Shown piece after piece: positions 51,651-64,000 of a stretch of 64,000 nucleotides of DNA. Under the pieces are notes generated by a model, which saw nothing but the letters and a program-made list of their open reading frames with translations, did no database searches and was not told the DNA's origin. The translations under genes were made by a program, and so were the position numbers. This DNA comes from the human T2T-CHM13v2.0 reference genome, Homo sapiens. Location of the stretch: assembly GCF_009914755.1 (NCBI RefSeq), contig NC_060927.1. The stretch is one strand, 5' to 3'. Within the stretch, counting starts at the first letter, position 1; every line of letters starts with the position of its first letter.

Positions 51651-53451
51651 GCTTAACTTTCCAAAATGAAAGGATAAAAGGGAAAGGAGAAAGAAGCTTA
51701 TGGCCTTCAAGGCCTAAAGTATTTACTATCTGAAAAACATTAAAAAATATTTGCCAACTGCTGCTCTAGAGGCCAGTGCTGGAGTGGAATGAAAAAAATA
51801 ACAAATTCCTACTTTTACTAATTTGTGAGGAAATAACTTTTTTAAAAAAATTATTTATTAATTGGTTCTTATGATGATGAAAGCTTTTCAGCTTATTCAG
51901 ACTATATCTAGAAAATTACATTATTAATACACAGGTTCATTCTTTAAACAGACAAAATAAGACATTCAACTGTTTTTAATCATCTTTATTTTTTCTAATA
52001 GTGACAATTATGCTTTTTTTTTTTTTTACGTTTTGGTTATTAACAAAAGTTTTTCGCATTCAAAGAACATTAAAAAACAAATGGTGAACAGAGTGTGATA
52101 CCAGACTATGTCCAACAGGTGGCTGTATTTCTCAAAGTTTCAAAACCAGCCCAATTGCCTGTTGCATGCAAATTTCCATCTCAGTTTTCAGCTACCACAC
52201 ATTAATTCTGTGATTCCAGGATAATTAATTCTATAACAGAGGATTAAACAGTGGGGGTGGAAAGTGATAAGTAATCACATAACCAGAGATTATTTTATTG
52301 ACTTTATTCAGATCAGTACTTCTATTCCTCATTCAACAGATTCAAAATCAATATTTGACCATGTCTTCAGCCTGGTTAGGCCCTCTGTGGTGCCCTCTCA
52401 AATTAAATAGGAAGTATATAGTAGAGGTGAGAATTTGTAGTTAAAGATATAGAATAGAGTCCTGTATGTGCCATGTGGTAGCTGAGTGAATTAGGAAGTT
52501 ATTTGGCCCCTTGCTATGATTTAATCAGTAAAAAGAACTGAATAAGAATTCCTACTGTATCACAAGAGGTTTTCTATAGGATTTTGGGAAAACTCTTTAT
52601 ATCAACATGTTTTATACTAAATATTATTATTTCTATTCACTATCCTTTCTTTCTCTCTCAAATGCTTTTCACATTCTGTTCTACCAGAAATATCAATGGA
52701 TAGATCTCATCTCACTAACTTTGAATGATCTCTAGATGATTGCATTGGCTTAATTGTTTAAAAGATTTGAAGGCATTCTTATTTCCTGAGCCCTGGCATC
52801 TGGACATTTGAAGCCATATCATACCAAATTATTTTCCAAGTATTTTCTCCTGAATATTTCTGTACTTCTGTTTGTCTGCTACAATGTTATTGGCCAACAA
52901 GGAATCTGGTTTTACTTAAAATTACTATTTACATTTTTTTGTTCAGGTTAGTGTGTCTTTGTCAGATATTCTCTTTTTAATCCTCATAAAATTATGCTAT
53001 CCTTAGTCCATTATTTTAATATTGAAAGTTAATGTGCAGAAAATTGAATTCAGCAATTTGTATACTATATATAAGACACTGTGCTAAAAGTTTTAGTATC
53101 TACAATTCTAACCTCAGGAAGATTACAACCAAATGTGAAATACAATGAGAAGAGACAAGCCTCTAAGCTACAAGTCAGAAAAATCTACGATTTTCTACTC
53201 ACTTTGTTACCAGATATCTACTTCTCATATCACTCTCTCTCTGCAGAAAAATTAAGGAGCAGTTAGTGGACTTGAAAAATGTTGGCAGGCTCTCTGTCTA
53301 CCTCAGATACACACCTGTGCTTCTGGATTTGCCATATCAAGTTGTTTCATTTGACCTGGTCTTTACATGACCCTATAGTCATCAGGATAACAACAGATGT
53401 TTAAGGTATCTGTGTGGCTATGTGATAATCCTAGTTCTGTTTTGTCCCCTT

Positions 53452-54262
53452 TTGTTTTATTTTTATTTGTAATTGATAAATAATCATATATATTTATGGG
53501 GTACAATGTGATATTTGGATATATGTGTACATTGTGCAATGATTGTATTAAGCTAATTCACGTGTCCATTTTTTTGGACATTTAAAACCTATTTTTAAAA
53601 GTCATTTTGAAATATACAATACATTATTATTAACTGTGGTTATCATGCTGTACAATAGGTCCTAAAACTTATTTCTCCTTACTAAAATTTTGCACCCTTT
53701 GACTAACACTTAATCATTCCCCTCCCCTTCCATCACCCCATATCCAGCCTTTGATACCCACCATTTTACTCTCTAGTTTTATAAATTTGGTCTCTTTAGA
53801 GTCCACATATAAATTAAACCATGTGTATTTGTCTTTCTGTATCAGGCTTATTTCACATAGCATAATGTCCTCTGGGTTTATCCATGTTGTAGCAAATGAC
53901 AGGATTTCCTCCATTTTTTAAGGCTGAATGGCATATCATTGTGTATGTATACCATATTTTCTTCACACATTCATCAATTGATGGAGACTTAGACTGATTG
54001 CATGTTTTGGCTATTATGAATAATACTGCAATAAACTTGTGAGTGCAGATATCACTTCAACATACTGATTTCAATTCATTGGAATATGTACCCAGAAGTG
54101 GGATTCCTCGATAATATGGCAGTTCTATTTTTAGTTTGTTGAGGAGACTTTATGTTGTTTTTCATAATGGCTGTACTAATTTAAAATCCCACCAGCAATG
54201 CACCAGAGTTCCTTTTTCTTCCTTGTCTTTTTGATAATAGCCATTCTAACAGGTGTAAGATC
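53452..54262 (-). mobile_element. L1MA5-9-like 3' fragment
   Basis: tatttatggggtacaatgtgatattt...; peptide ILSFATTWINPEDIML; gccattctaacaggtgt. Confidence 0.88.
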
Positions 54263-56791
54263 TGACAAACCTAATTCTAAATGCCCTTCTAAATCTAGGA
54301 AAGCATGTATGGGAGATAGTAATAATGTCTTCTAAGTCAGTCAAATGCTTTATAATTTAGTCAGTTGAGCTCATATTTTGGTATTGTAGGGAGGACATGA
54401 GAAGCAGAGCAGGGCAATGTTGGTAAGAAAATATTTGCACTCTATTTGATCCTTTCTTGTAAAACACCATCCATTGCCTAACATTAGATCTTTGCTACTC
54501 AACACATCATTAGCACTTTTCCTACAATTGTTGAGGTAATATATCTTTGTTTGAAATGATAAGTTTTCTGTACCCTATTGGAGGCACAGCAAAGATGCAA
54601 GTTTTTATTCATACATCTTTCAAAGCACTGGAAATAACCAATTAAAAATTATCGTATGTTGCTAGAAGTGCCAGTTCGAAAGTGGTGGTGTAGAAACAAG
54701 CTGGCTCCATTTTCCCCCAGAGAAAACCAAAAACAAATATGCAGCACAGAGATTATCACCAGCAATAGACCAGAACTCAAATATGAGGATAAGACAGTTC
54801 CTATGGCCACAGATAAGTGAAAAAACTCTGAGCAGGTGGTGAGAGAATTGAACTTCCATATCTGCAATGCCCCTCTTCCCCAGTCTGTCCAGCACCAAGT
54901 GTATGGAAAATTACCCCCCAACTTATGGTTTCTATACTGGAAAAAGTGAGACTGAGGTGAACAATTAGCTTCCCCACCATTTGGGATTCCATGTAGGAGA
55001 CTTGTCCCTGGCTCAAATCGTGGGAAGCATCAGGAGTGCTGGAAGGGAAAAATATCTCTGAGGAGAGCCAAAGACAAAGAAGGGGAGGTGGGACTACCAT
55101 TGCCAGCCCTGGAAATTCTGATTTGTAACTCAGCCAAAAAAGGTGCCAAATCAGACTGGCTGTTCAGCAGAACTGTCCTGTAGGAGATTTGTTCCACGGG
55201 TACACTGAACATGAACTCCTAGCCACCTTCCCTTGAATTAGGGAGGTCCCAAAGGTGATACAGGGAAATCCCCTTTGGGACCTCTCTAATGCAAGACGGT
55301 GGCACTCTGTTTCCTAGAACCAAGGCAAACCTGGGCTTAGGGTGTCATCTCATACCAAAAAGGAAGGAGGGACCTAGTGGACATATTTTAAAAACCTAAA
55401 TAAGCCAAACAGAGAATATTGGAATAGATAACTAATCTTTCAATGCAAAGACACAAATGTATACCCACAAGAAACAACAGCAAACAGGGAACCATGATCT
55501 TCCCAAATGGACAAAGCAAAGAATCAGTGACTAACCCTAACAAGATGGTGATATGTTAACTCTCTGACCAAGAATTCAAAATAGGAGTTTTAAGGAAACT
55601 AAGTGATTTCCAAAATAACAGAAAAACAATTCAGAAATTTATTAGAGAAATTTAACAGAGATTGAAATAATACAAGAAAATCGAATAGAAATCTTAGAAC
55701 TGAGAAATACATTTGCTGAACTGAAAAATTCACTAGACTGTCAAGAGTAAAATGGCTCAAACAGAGGAAAGAATCAATGACCTTGAAAATAAGCTATTAG
55801 AAAATACACAGTCATAGGAGAAAGATAGAAAAAAATGAAAAGGAATGCAGATCACTTACACAATATAAAAATTATCCCAAAAGACAAACATCTAAGAATT
55901 ATTGGTGTTCAAGAGGAAGTTGAGAAAGAGCAAATTGTAGAAAGCTTACTCAAAAAAATGAGAAAAAATATTACCAAACCCTGAGAATGAGATAATTCAG
56001 GTATAGGAAGGTCAGAGAATATCAAACATATCTGATCAAATAAGACCACCCAAAGGCATATAATAGATTCTCAAAGGTCAAGAATGAAGAAAGTATCCTA
56101 AAAGCAGCAAGATAAAAAGAAGAAAATAACATATAAAGGAGCTTCAATTCATCTGGCAACAGACTCCTTAACAGAAACCATGTAAGCCAGAAGAAAGTGG
56201 TCTGACATTTTCAAAGTGCTGAAAGAAAATAACTGTCATCCAATAATACTATATCCAGCAAAGCTATTCTATAAATATGGAGTACTTTATTTCTCAGAGA
56301 AACAACAACTGAGAGAATTCATCACCACCAGACCTGTCCTACAACAAACACTGCAATATAATAATAGAAGGGGACTTTAACACCTCACTCTCAGTAATTG
56401 ACAGTTATGTATAACTAATATAACAAATTTCAGTAACTTCATCTAAAGAAAAAAGTGTGCATAGAGAAAACATTTAAAGGTGTAAAAGTTACTGGTAAAA
56501 TTAAGTACACAGAAAACGCGGAATACACTAATACTATAATTGTGGTTTGCAATCTATTTATAACTTTAGAATAAAACCCAAATGAAAAATTTATCAAAAA
56601 CAATAATATTTACAATAACCTGCTAAAAGATAGGCAATATAAAAATATGTAAATGGGGGTAACTAAAAGTCAAAACATGGGGTGATAAAATTAATGTGTA
56701 GAGGTTAAAGATTTTTTCTTGGTTTGTTTGTCCCTATTTTTTTTCTGTGTGATCAAAGATAAGTTCTCATCTCTTTGAAATAATGTGTTAT

Positions 56792-57233
56792 CAATAGCAA
56801 AGACTTGGAACCAACCCAAATGTCCAACAATGATAGACTGGATTAAGAAAATGTGGCACATATACACCATGGAATACTATGCAGCCATAAAAAATGATGA
56901 GTTCATGTCCTTTGTAGGGACATGGATGAAGCTGGAAACCATCATTCTCAGCAAACTCTCGCAAGGACAAAAAACCAAACACCGCATGTTCTCACTCATA
57001 GGTGGGAATTGAACAATGAAAACACATGGACACAGGAAGGGGAACATCACACACCCGAGCCTGTTGTGGGGTGGGGGAGGGGGGAGGGATAGCATTAAGA
57101 GATATACCTAATGTTAAATGATGAGTTAATGGATGCAGCACACCAACATGGCACATGTATACATATGTAACTAACCTGCATGTTGTGCACATGTACCCTA
57201 AAACTTAAAAAGTATAATTAAAAAAATAAAATA
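56792..57233 (+). mobile_element. Young L1PA3/4-like 3' fragment
   Basis: caatagcaaagacttggaacc...gtaccctaaaacttaaaa; TSD aaataatgt(g/a)ttat. Confidence 0.94.
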
Positions 57234-59126
57234 AAATAATGTATTATATCTATATTTTTTACCTCATGGTAACCACAATGAGAAAACCTATAACAGATTC
57301 ACTGAAAATAAGAAGCAATAAATTAAAACATACTGTCAGAGAACATAACCACAATAAATGACAATAAGAAATAAAGGAAGAGGGGACTTACAAAACAACC
57401 AGGAAACAAGAAAAAAAATAGCAGTAGTTAGTCCTTACTTGCCAATAATAACAGTGGATGTAAACGGACTCAATTCTTCAATTAAAAGACAAAGATTGGC
57501 TGAATGAATAAAGAAACAACACCCAACTATACGCTACAGGAGACCCACTCTACCTACAAAAAAACAATAGACTGAAAGTGATGGGATGCAACTGGAAATC
57601 AAAAAAAGAACACGAGTAGCGTACTTATATCAAATAAAACTGTCTACAAATTAAAGATTGTAAAAACTAAAGAAGGTCACTATACAATGATTAAAAAGGT
57701 CAAATCAACAAGACAATATAGCATTTTAATGTACGAATGGCCTCAACACTGGAGCTCCCAAGCATATAAAGCAAACAGTAGCAAATTTAGCACCCAGCTC
57801 TCAGTAACAGGTCATTCAGAAATAAAATCAATGAAGAAACAATACAGTTAAACTACGCAATAGACCAAATGGGCCTAACTGACACATAGAGAACATTTCA
57901 CCTAACTATTGCGGAATACACATTTTATTCATCAACACATGGAACATTCTCCAGGATAGACAATATCTTAGGTAACAAAATAAGTCTCAACAAATTCAAA
58001 AAAGTAGAGGTCATGTTATCTTTTCTGACTACAATGGGATAAAACTAGAAATCAATAAGAAGAGGAAACTTGAAAAATACACGAGCACATATAAATTAAA
58101 CAATATGCTCCTGAATGACCCAATGTGTCCGTGAATAAATTAAGAGGGAAATTTGAAAAGCTTCTTTAAATAATTAAAAAAGGAAATTTAACATACAAAA
58201 AAAATCCATACAATACAATAAAGGCAGCATTAAGAGGAAATTATTTAGCAATAAATGCCTATACCAAAAAAGTAGAAAGACTTCAAATAAACAACCTTAT
58301 GATGTACCTCTAATAATTAGAAAATTTAAAAAATCAAAAAAATACAGAAGATCAATGAAATAAAAATTTGGGTTTTTGAAAAGATAGCGAAAATCAACAA
58401 ACCTTTAGCTAGACTAACAAATAAAAGAGAGAACACCCAAATAAATAAAACCAGATCCATAAAAGAGACATAACAATTGAGACTACAGAAATATAGAGAA
58501 TTATGAGATACTATTATATATAATTATATACTAACAAATAAAAAAATCCGGAAGAAATGGATAAAATTTCTGGACACACACAATTTACCAAAATTGAATG
58601 ATAAAGAAACAGAAAACCCAAACAAACTAATAGTGTGTAATGAGATCAAAGCCGTAATAAAAAGTTTCCCTTCAAAGAAAAGCCCAGGACCTGATTGTTT
58701 CACTGAAGAATTCTACCAAACATTTAAGGAAGAACTAATACCAATTCTCTTCAAACTCTTCAAAAAAATTGAAGAGGAGGGAATACTTTCAAACTCATCC
58801 TATGATGCCAGCATTACCCTGATACCCAAACCAGATAAATACGACAAAAAAATGAAAACTACAGGCCAACATCCCTCATGAACATAGATGAAAGAATTCC
58901 CAACAAAATTGTAGAAAACTGAATTTAAGAACACATTTAGAAGAACACTTATCATAATTAAGTGGGATTCATTCCAGGGATGCAAGCATGGTTCAACATA
59001 CACACATCAAAAAACATGATACATCTCATTAACAGGACCAAGAACAAAATCTATAATTATTTCAATAGATGCTGAAAAAGGATTTGATAAAATTCAACAT
59101 CGCTTTATGATAAAAACTCTTATCAG

Positions 59127-59442
<316 letters not shown>

Positions 59443-60540
59443 TTATCAAACTGGGTGAAAAAGAAACATACCTCAAATTAATAAAGGCCATATATGAAAA
59501 ACCAATAGCCATAATCATATCAAATGAGGAAAAATTGAAAGTCTTTCCTCTAAGATCTAGAGCAAGACAAAGATGCTCACTTTTACCTCTTTTATTAAAA
59601 TAATACTGGAAGTCCTGGCCAGAGCAATTAGGCCAGAGAAAGAAATAAAGAACATTAAAACTGGAAAAGAAGAGGTCTCATTTGCAGAAGACATGATCTT
59701 ATAATTAGAAAAACCTAAAGACCATTAAAAAACTTAGAACTGATAAAAAATTCAGTAAAATTACAAGATACAAAATCAACATACAAAAATCAGTGGCATT
59801 TATATATGCCAATAATGAACAATCTGAAAAAGAAATCAAGAAAGCAATCCCACATACAATAGTTACAAAGAATATGAAATACCCAGGAATCAATTTAGCC
59901 AAAGAAGTGAAAGGTCTATCAAGGAAACTATGAACTATGAATAAAAAATTGAACAGGACAAAAAAGTAATAGAAAGATATCCTATACTCATGGATTGGAA
60001 GAATTGATTTTGTTAAGGTGAAAATTCTAACCAGATTCAAGGTAATCCCTATCAAAATACCAATGATATTCTTCACATAAATAGAAAAAAAAATCCTAAA
60101 ATGTACATGGAATCAGAGACGACCCCAAATACACAAACGAATCCTGAGCAAAAAGAACAAACCTTAAGGCATCACACTATCTGACTTCAAAATGTGCTAC
60201 AAAGATATAGTAACCGAATCAGCATGGTACTGGCATAAAAACAGACGCATTGACAAATGGAAGAAAATATAGAACCCAGATATAAATCTACACATTTACA
60301 ATCAACTCATCTTTCACAAAAACACTAAGAGCTTATAATGAGAAACAGACACCCTCTTAATTAATAGTGTTGGAAAATGGGTTAACATATGCAGAAGAAT
60401 GAAACTGGACTCCTACCTCTCACCATATAAAAAATCAAATCAAGATGGATTAAAGACTTAAGTAGAAGACCTGAAACTATAAAACTACTAGAAAAAAAAC
60501 ATTGGGGAAATGTTCTAGGACACTGATCTGGGCAAAACAA

Positions 60541-60710
60541 ATGTTTTTAACTTCAAATTTTATTTTAGATATGGAGATACATGTGCAGATTTGTTACATG
60601 GGAATATTATGTGATGATGGAGTTTGAAGTACAGATTCTGTCACCCTGGTAATGAACATAGTACCTAATTGGTAGTTTTTTTTTTTTTTTAACCCACTCC
60701 CCTTTCTCTA
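60541..60710 (-). mobile_element. Short L1PA16-like 3' end
   Basis: ttttattttagat...tacatgtgcagatttgttacatggg; flanked by gggcaa on both sides. Confidence 0.8.
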
Positions 60711-61127
60711 GGGCAAGTTTTTTTGTATAAGATCCCAAAAGCACAGGCAACCCAAACAAAAGTATACAAGTGAGATTACATCAAGCTAAAAAGCTTTTGC
60801 CAAAAGGCCTGAATAGACATTTCTCAAAAGAAGACATACAAATGCCAAACAGGTGTCTGAAAAGGTGCTTAACACCATTGATTACCAGAGAAAGGCAAAT
60901 CAAAACTACAACTGGATAAAATCTCACCCCAGTTAAAATGGCTTATATCCAAAAGACAGGTAATAACACATGCTGTTGATGATGTGGAGAAAAGGGAAGT
61001 ATATACACTGTTGTTGGGAATGTAAACTAGTGTAACCATTATGGAGAACAGCTTGGAGTTTACTACAGAAACTAAAAATGGAGCTAGCATATGATCCAGG
61101 AATCCCACTTCTAGCTATATACACAAA

Positions 61128-62890
61128 TTAAGAGAGTAAAAATAGAGAAAATCCAAATAAACACAATCAGAAATGACAAAGTGGACATTGCCACTGACCC
61201 CACAGAAATACAAAAAACCCTCAAAGACTGCCATGAACACCTCTATGTACACAAACTAGAAAACATAGAAGAAATGGATAAATTTCTGGAAATATAAAAC
61301 CTCCCAAGATTGAACCAGGAAGAAACTGAATACCTGAACAGATCAATAACCCATTCTGAAATTGAATCGGTAATAAAAAGCCTGTAAACTAGAAAAAGCC
61401 CTGGATCAGATGGATTCATAACTGAATTCTTCCAGATGTATTATGTAAAGATGACCTGGTACCATTCCTACTGAAACTGTTCCAAAGACTTGAGAAGAAG
61501 AGACTCCTACCTAAATCATTAAATGAGGCCAGCATCACCCTGATACCAAAACCTGGCAGGGACACAACAACAACAACAACAAAGAACTTCAGGCCAATAT
61601 TGCTGATGAACATAGATGCAAAAATTCTCAACAAAATACTAGCAAACTGAATCCAGTGGCACATCGAAATCTACCACGATCAAGTAGGCTTTATTGCTGG
61701 TTGGTTTAACATACTCAAGTCAATAAATATGACTCATCACATAAACAGAACTAAATAAAAACCAAATAACTATCTCAATAGATACAGAAAGGCTTTCGGT
61801 AAAATCCAACATCGCTTCATGTTAAAAAACCCTCAATAAACTAAGCATTGAAGGAATAATATCTCAAAATAATAAGAGCCATCCATGACAAACCCACAGC
61901 CAACAACAAAACTATCAATGGAGTAAACATACAACCTACAGAATGGAGAAAACATTTGCAAGTTATGTATCTGACAAAGGTCTAATATCCAGAATTTATA
62001 AGAAACTTACACACATTAAGAAGCAAAAAACAACCCCATTAAAAATTGGCAAAGGACAGGTACAGCAGACACTTCTCAAAAGAAGACATACACGTGGTCA
62101 ATATGCACATGAAAAACTGCTCAACCTCATGAATCATTACGGAATTGTAAATCAAAACCATAATGAGATACCATCTCATACCTGCCAGAATGGCTATAAT
62201 TAAAACATCAAAAAATAACAAATGCTGGCAAGGCTGCTGAGAAAAAGGAATTTTTATATACTGCTGGTGGGAATGTAAATTAGTCTAGCCATTGTGAAAG
62301 CAGTTTGGCTATTATTCAAATAACATAAGAAATAATTGCCATTGGACCCAGCAATCTCAATATTGGTTATTTACCAATATAAATCATTCTATCATAAAGA
62401 CACATGCATGTGTATGTTAATTGCAGCACTACTCACAATAGCAAAGACATGGAATTAACCTAGATGACCATGGTAAACTGGATAAAGAAAATGTGTTATA
62501 TATATGCCATGGAATACTACGCAGCCATAAAACAGAATGAGATCATGTCCTTTGCACTAATATGCATGGAGCTGGAAGCCATTATCCTAAGTCGACTAAT
62601 GCAGGAACAAAAAAACAAATATTGCATGTTCTCACTTGTAAGTGGGAGCTAAACATTGAGTACAGATAGACACAAAGAAGGTTACAACAGACACCAGTGC
62701 CTACTTTAGGGTGGAGTGTGGGAGGAGGGTAAGGACTGACAAACTACCTATGAGGTACTGTGTTTATTGCCTGGGTAACAAAATAATCTGTATACCTAAC
62801 TCCCATGACATGCAATTTACCTATATGACAAATCTGCCATGTACTCCTAAATCAAAAATAAAAGTTAAAAAAATAAAAAGAAAAGCAAAA
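61128..62890 (+). mobile_element. 5'-truncated L1PA13-16-like copy with an internal deletion near 61905
   Basis: ORF2 restarts (caaataaacacaatcagaaatgacaaa), jumps from cccacagccaac to aactatcaa...caacctacagaatgg, and has its own 3'UTR and A-tail. Confidence 0.82.
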
Positions 62891-63122
62891 TGAGCATAAT
62901 GGTGGCAACAATAGGCCCACTGTTGGGATAATATGTAAAAACAAATAACTAAACAGGTATAATTAGATTGTTTGTAACACAAGGAAAGGATAAATGCTTG
63001 AGGTAATGGATACTGCATTTACTCTGATTTGATTATTATGCATTGTATGCCTATATCAAAATATCTCATGTACCTCATAAATTTATACACCTACTATGTA
63101 CCCACAGAAATTTAAAAAAAAT

Positions 63123-63575
63123 TTAGGGGGAGGAGCCAAGATGGCCGAATAGGAACAGCTCCGGTCTACAGCTCCCAGCGTGAGTGATGCAGACGGGTGA
63201 TTTCTGCATTGCCAACTGAGGTACCGGGTTCATCTCACTGGGGAGTGCCAGACGGCAGGGGCAGGACAGTGCGTGCAGTGCACAGTGCACGAGCCGAAGC
63301 AGGGTGAGGCATTGCCTCACCTGGGAAGCACAAGGGGTCAGGGAATTCACTTTCCTAGTCAAAGAAAGTGGTGACAAATGGCACCTGGAAAATCTGGTCT
63401 CTCCCACCCTAATACAGCACTTTTCCAAGGGGCTTAAAAAATGGCACATCAGGAGATTATATCCCCTGCCTGGCTCAGAGGGTTCTATGCCCACAGAGTC
63501 TCACTCATTGCTAGCACAGCAGTCAGAGATCAAACTGCAAGGGGGCGGTGAGGCTGGGGGAGGGGTGCCTGCCAT
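63123..63575 (-). pseudogene. L1 ORF0 reading frame with a premature stop at codon 25
   Basis: Hand translation from ATG 63575: MAGTPPPASPPPCSLISDCCASNE*DSVGIEPSEPG..., in frame with the listed ORF 63123-63494. Confidence 0.8.
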
Positions 63576-64000
63576 TGCCCAGTTAGTTGTTTGATTAGGT
63601 AAACAAAGCAGCTGGGAAGCTCGAACTGGGTGGAGCCCACCACAGCTCAAGGAGGCCTGCCTGCCACTGTAGGCTCCACCTCTGGGGGCAGGGCACAGAC
63701 AAACAAAAAGACAGCAGTAACCTCTGCAGACTTAAATGTCCCTCTCAGACAGGTTTGAAGAGAGTAGTGGTTCTCCCAGCACACAGCTTGAGATCTGAGA
63801 ATGGGCAGACTGCCTCCTCAAGTGGGTCCCTGACTCCCAAGTAGCCTAACTGGGTGGCACCCCCCAGTAGGGGTGGACTGACACCTCACATGGCCGGGTA
63901 CTCCACTGAGACAAAACTTCCAGAGGAACGATCAGACAGCAGCATCTGTGGTTCACCAATATCCACTGTTCTGCAGCCATTGCTGCTGATACCCAGGCAA
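63126..64000 (+). mobile_element. L1PA (PA3-PA5-like) intact 5' end and 5'UTR, continuing beyond the window
   Basis: gggggaggagccaagatggccgaataggaacagctccggtctacagctcccagcgtgag; YY1 motif caagatggccg. Confidence 0.97.

Larger units (their letters stand above)
50336..51763 (-). mobile_element. MER58A split by MLT2A and L1MA
   Basis: cag...aaactatagcctgtgggc...gcagagttgaatagttgcaa, then tatggcc...tatttactatctg...tttgccaactgctg; 8-bp TSD ct(t/c)tagag. Confidence 0.8.
49360..51790 (-). mobile_element. L2 3' fragment, repeatedly interrupted (pieces about 49360-49542, 50185-50335, 51764-51790)
   Basis: ttcaacaaatatttcttgagtatctattacatgccaggcactg; gggaagagtgattcaggcagagg...gcaaaggcc; gaggccagtgctggag. 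Confidence 0.7.

Noticed and set aside
58594-58881. Functional reverse transcriptase gene
   Set aside because: A short L1 ORF2 fragment surrounded by stops, frameshifts and insertions

Overview
AT-rich, CpG-depleted primate (very probably human) intergenic or deep-intronic DNA. I find no supportable protein-coding exon, tRNA/rRNA gene, CpG island or CRISPR array. The listed ORFs are TE-derived (Alu, L1 ORF1/ORF2, THE1/MST, MLT2) or look like chance frames. Most of the window is interspersed repeat. It holds seven Alu copies or fragments and L1 remnants from L1ME/MC age to L1PA2-4, including two roughly 8.5-9 kb composite L1 remnants and an L1PA 5'UTR running off the right edge. It also holds a two-LTR THE1 and a two-LTR MST, solo MaLR/ERVL LTRs (MST, MLT1, MLT2A, LTR41, LTR16-like), a MER31-type ERV1 remnant, DNA-transposon MITEs (MER20, MER58A, MER45A, MER46C, MADE2), MIRs and L2. 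Many are nested, with readable target-site duplications (TSDs). I did not find a new biological system. The best leads are regulatory or mechanistic: a CTCF-like motif in LTR41, a DR1/E-box cluster in unique DNA at about 14.6 kb, an L1PA 5'UTR with a nonsense-broken ORF0 that still carries the ZNF93-bound segment, DUX4-type motifs in LTRs, an inverted Alu pair, and several atypical insertions. Family names come from remembered consensus sequences, not from a search. Boundaries without a stated TSD are approximate.
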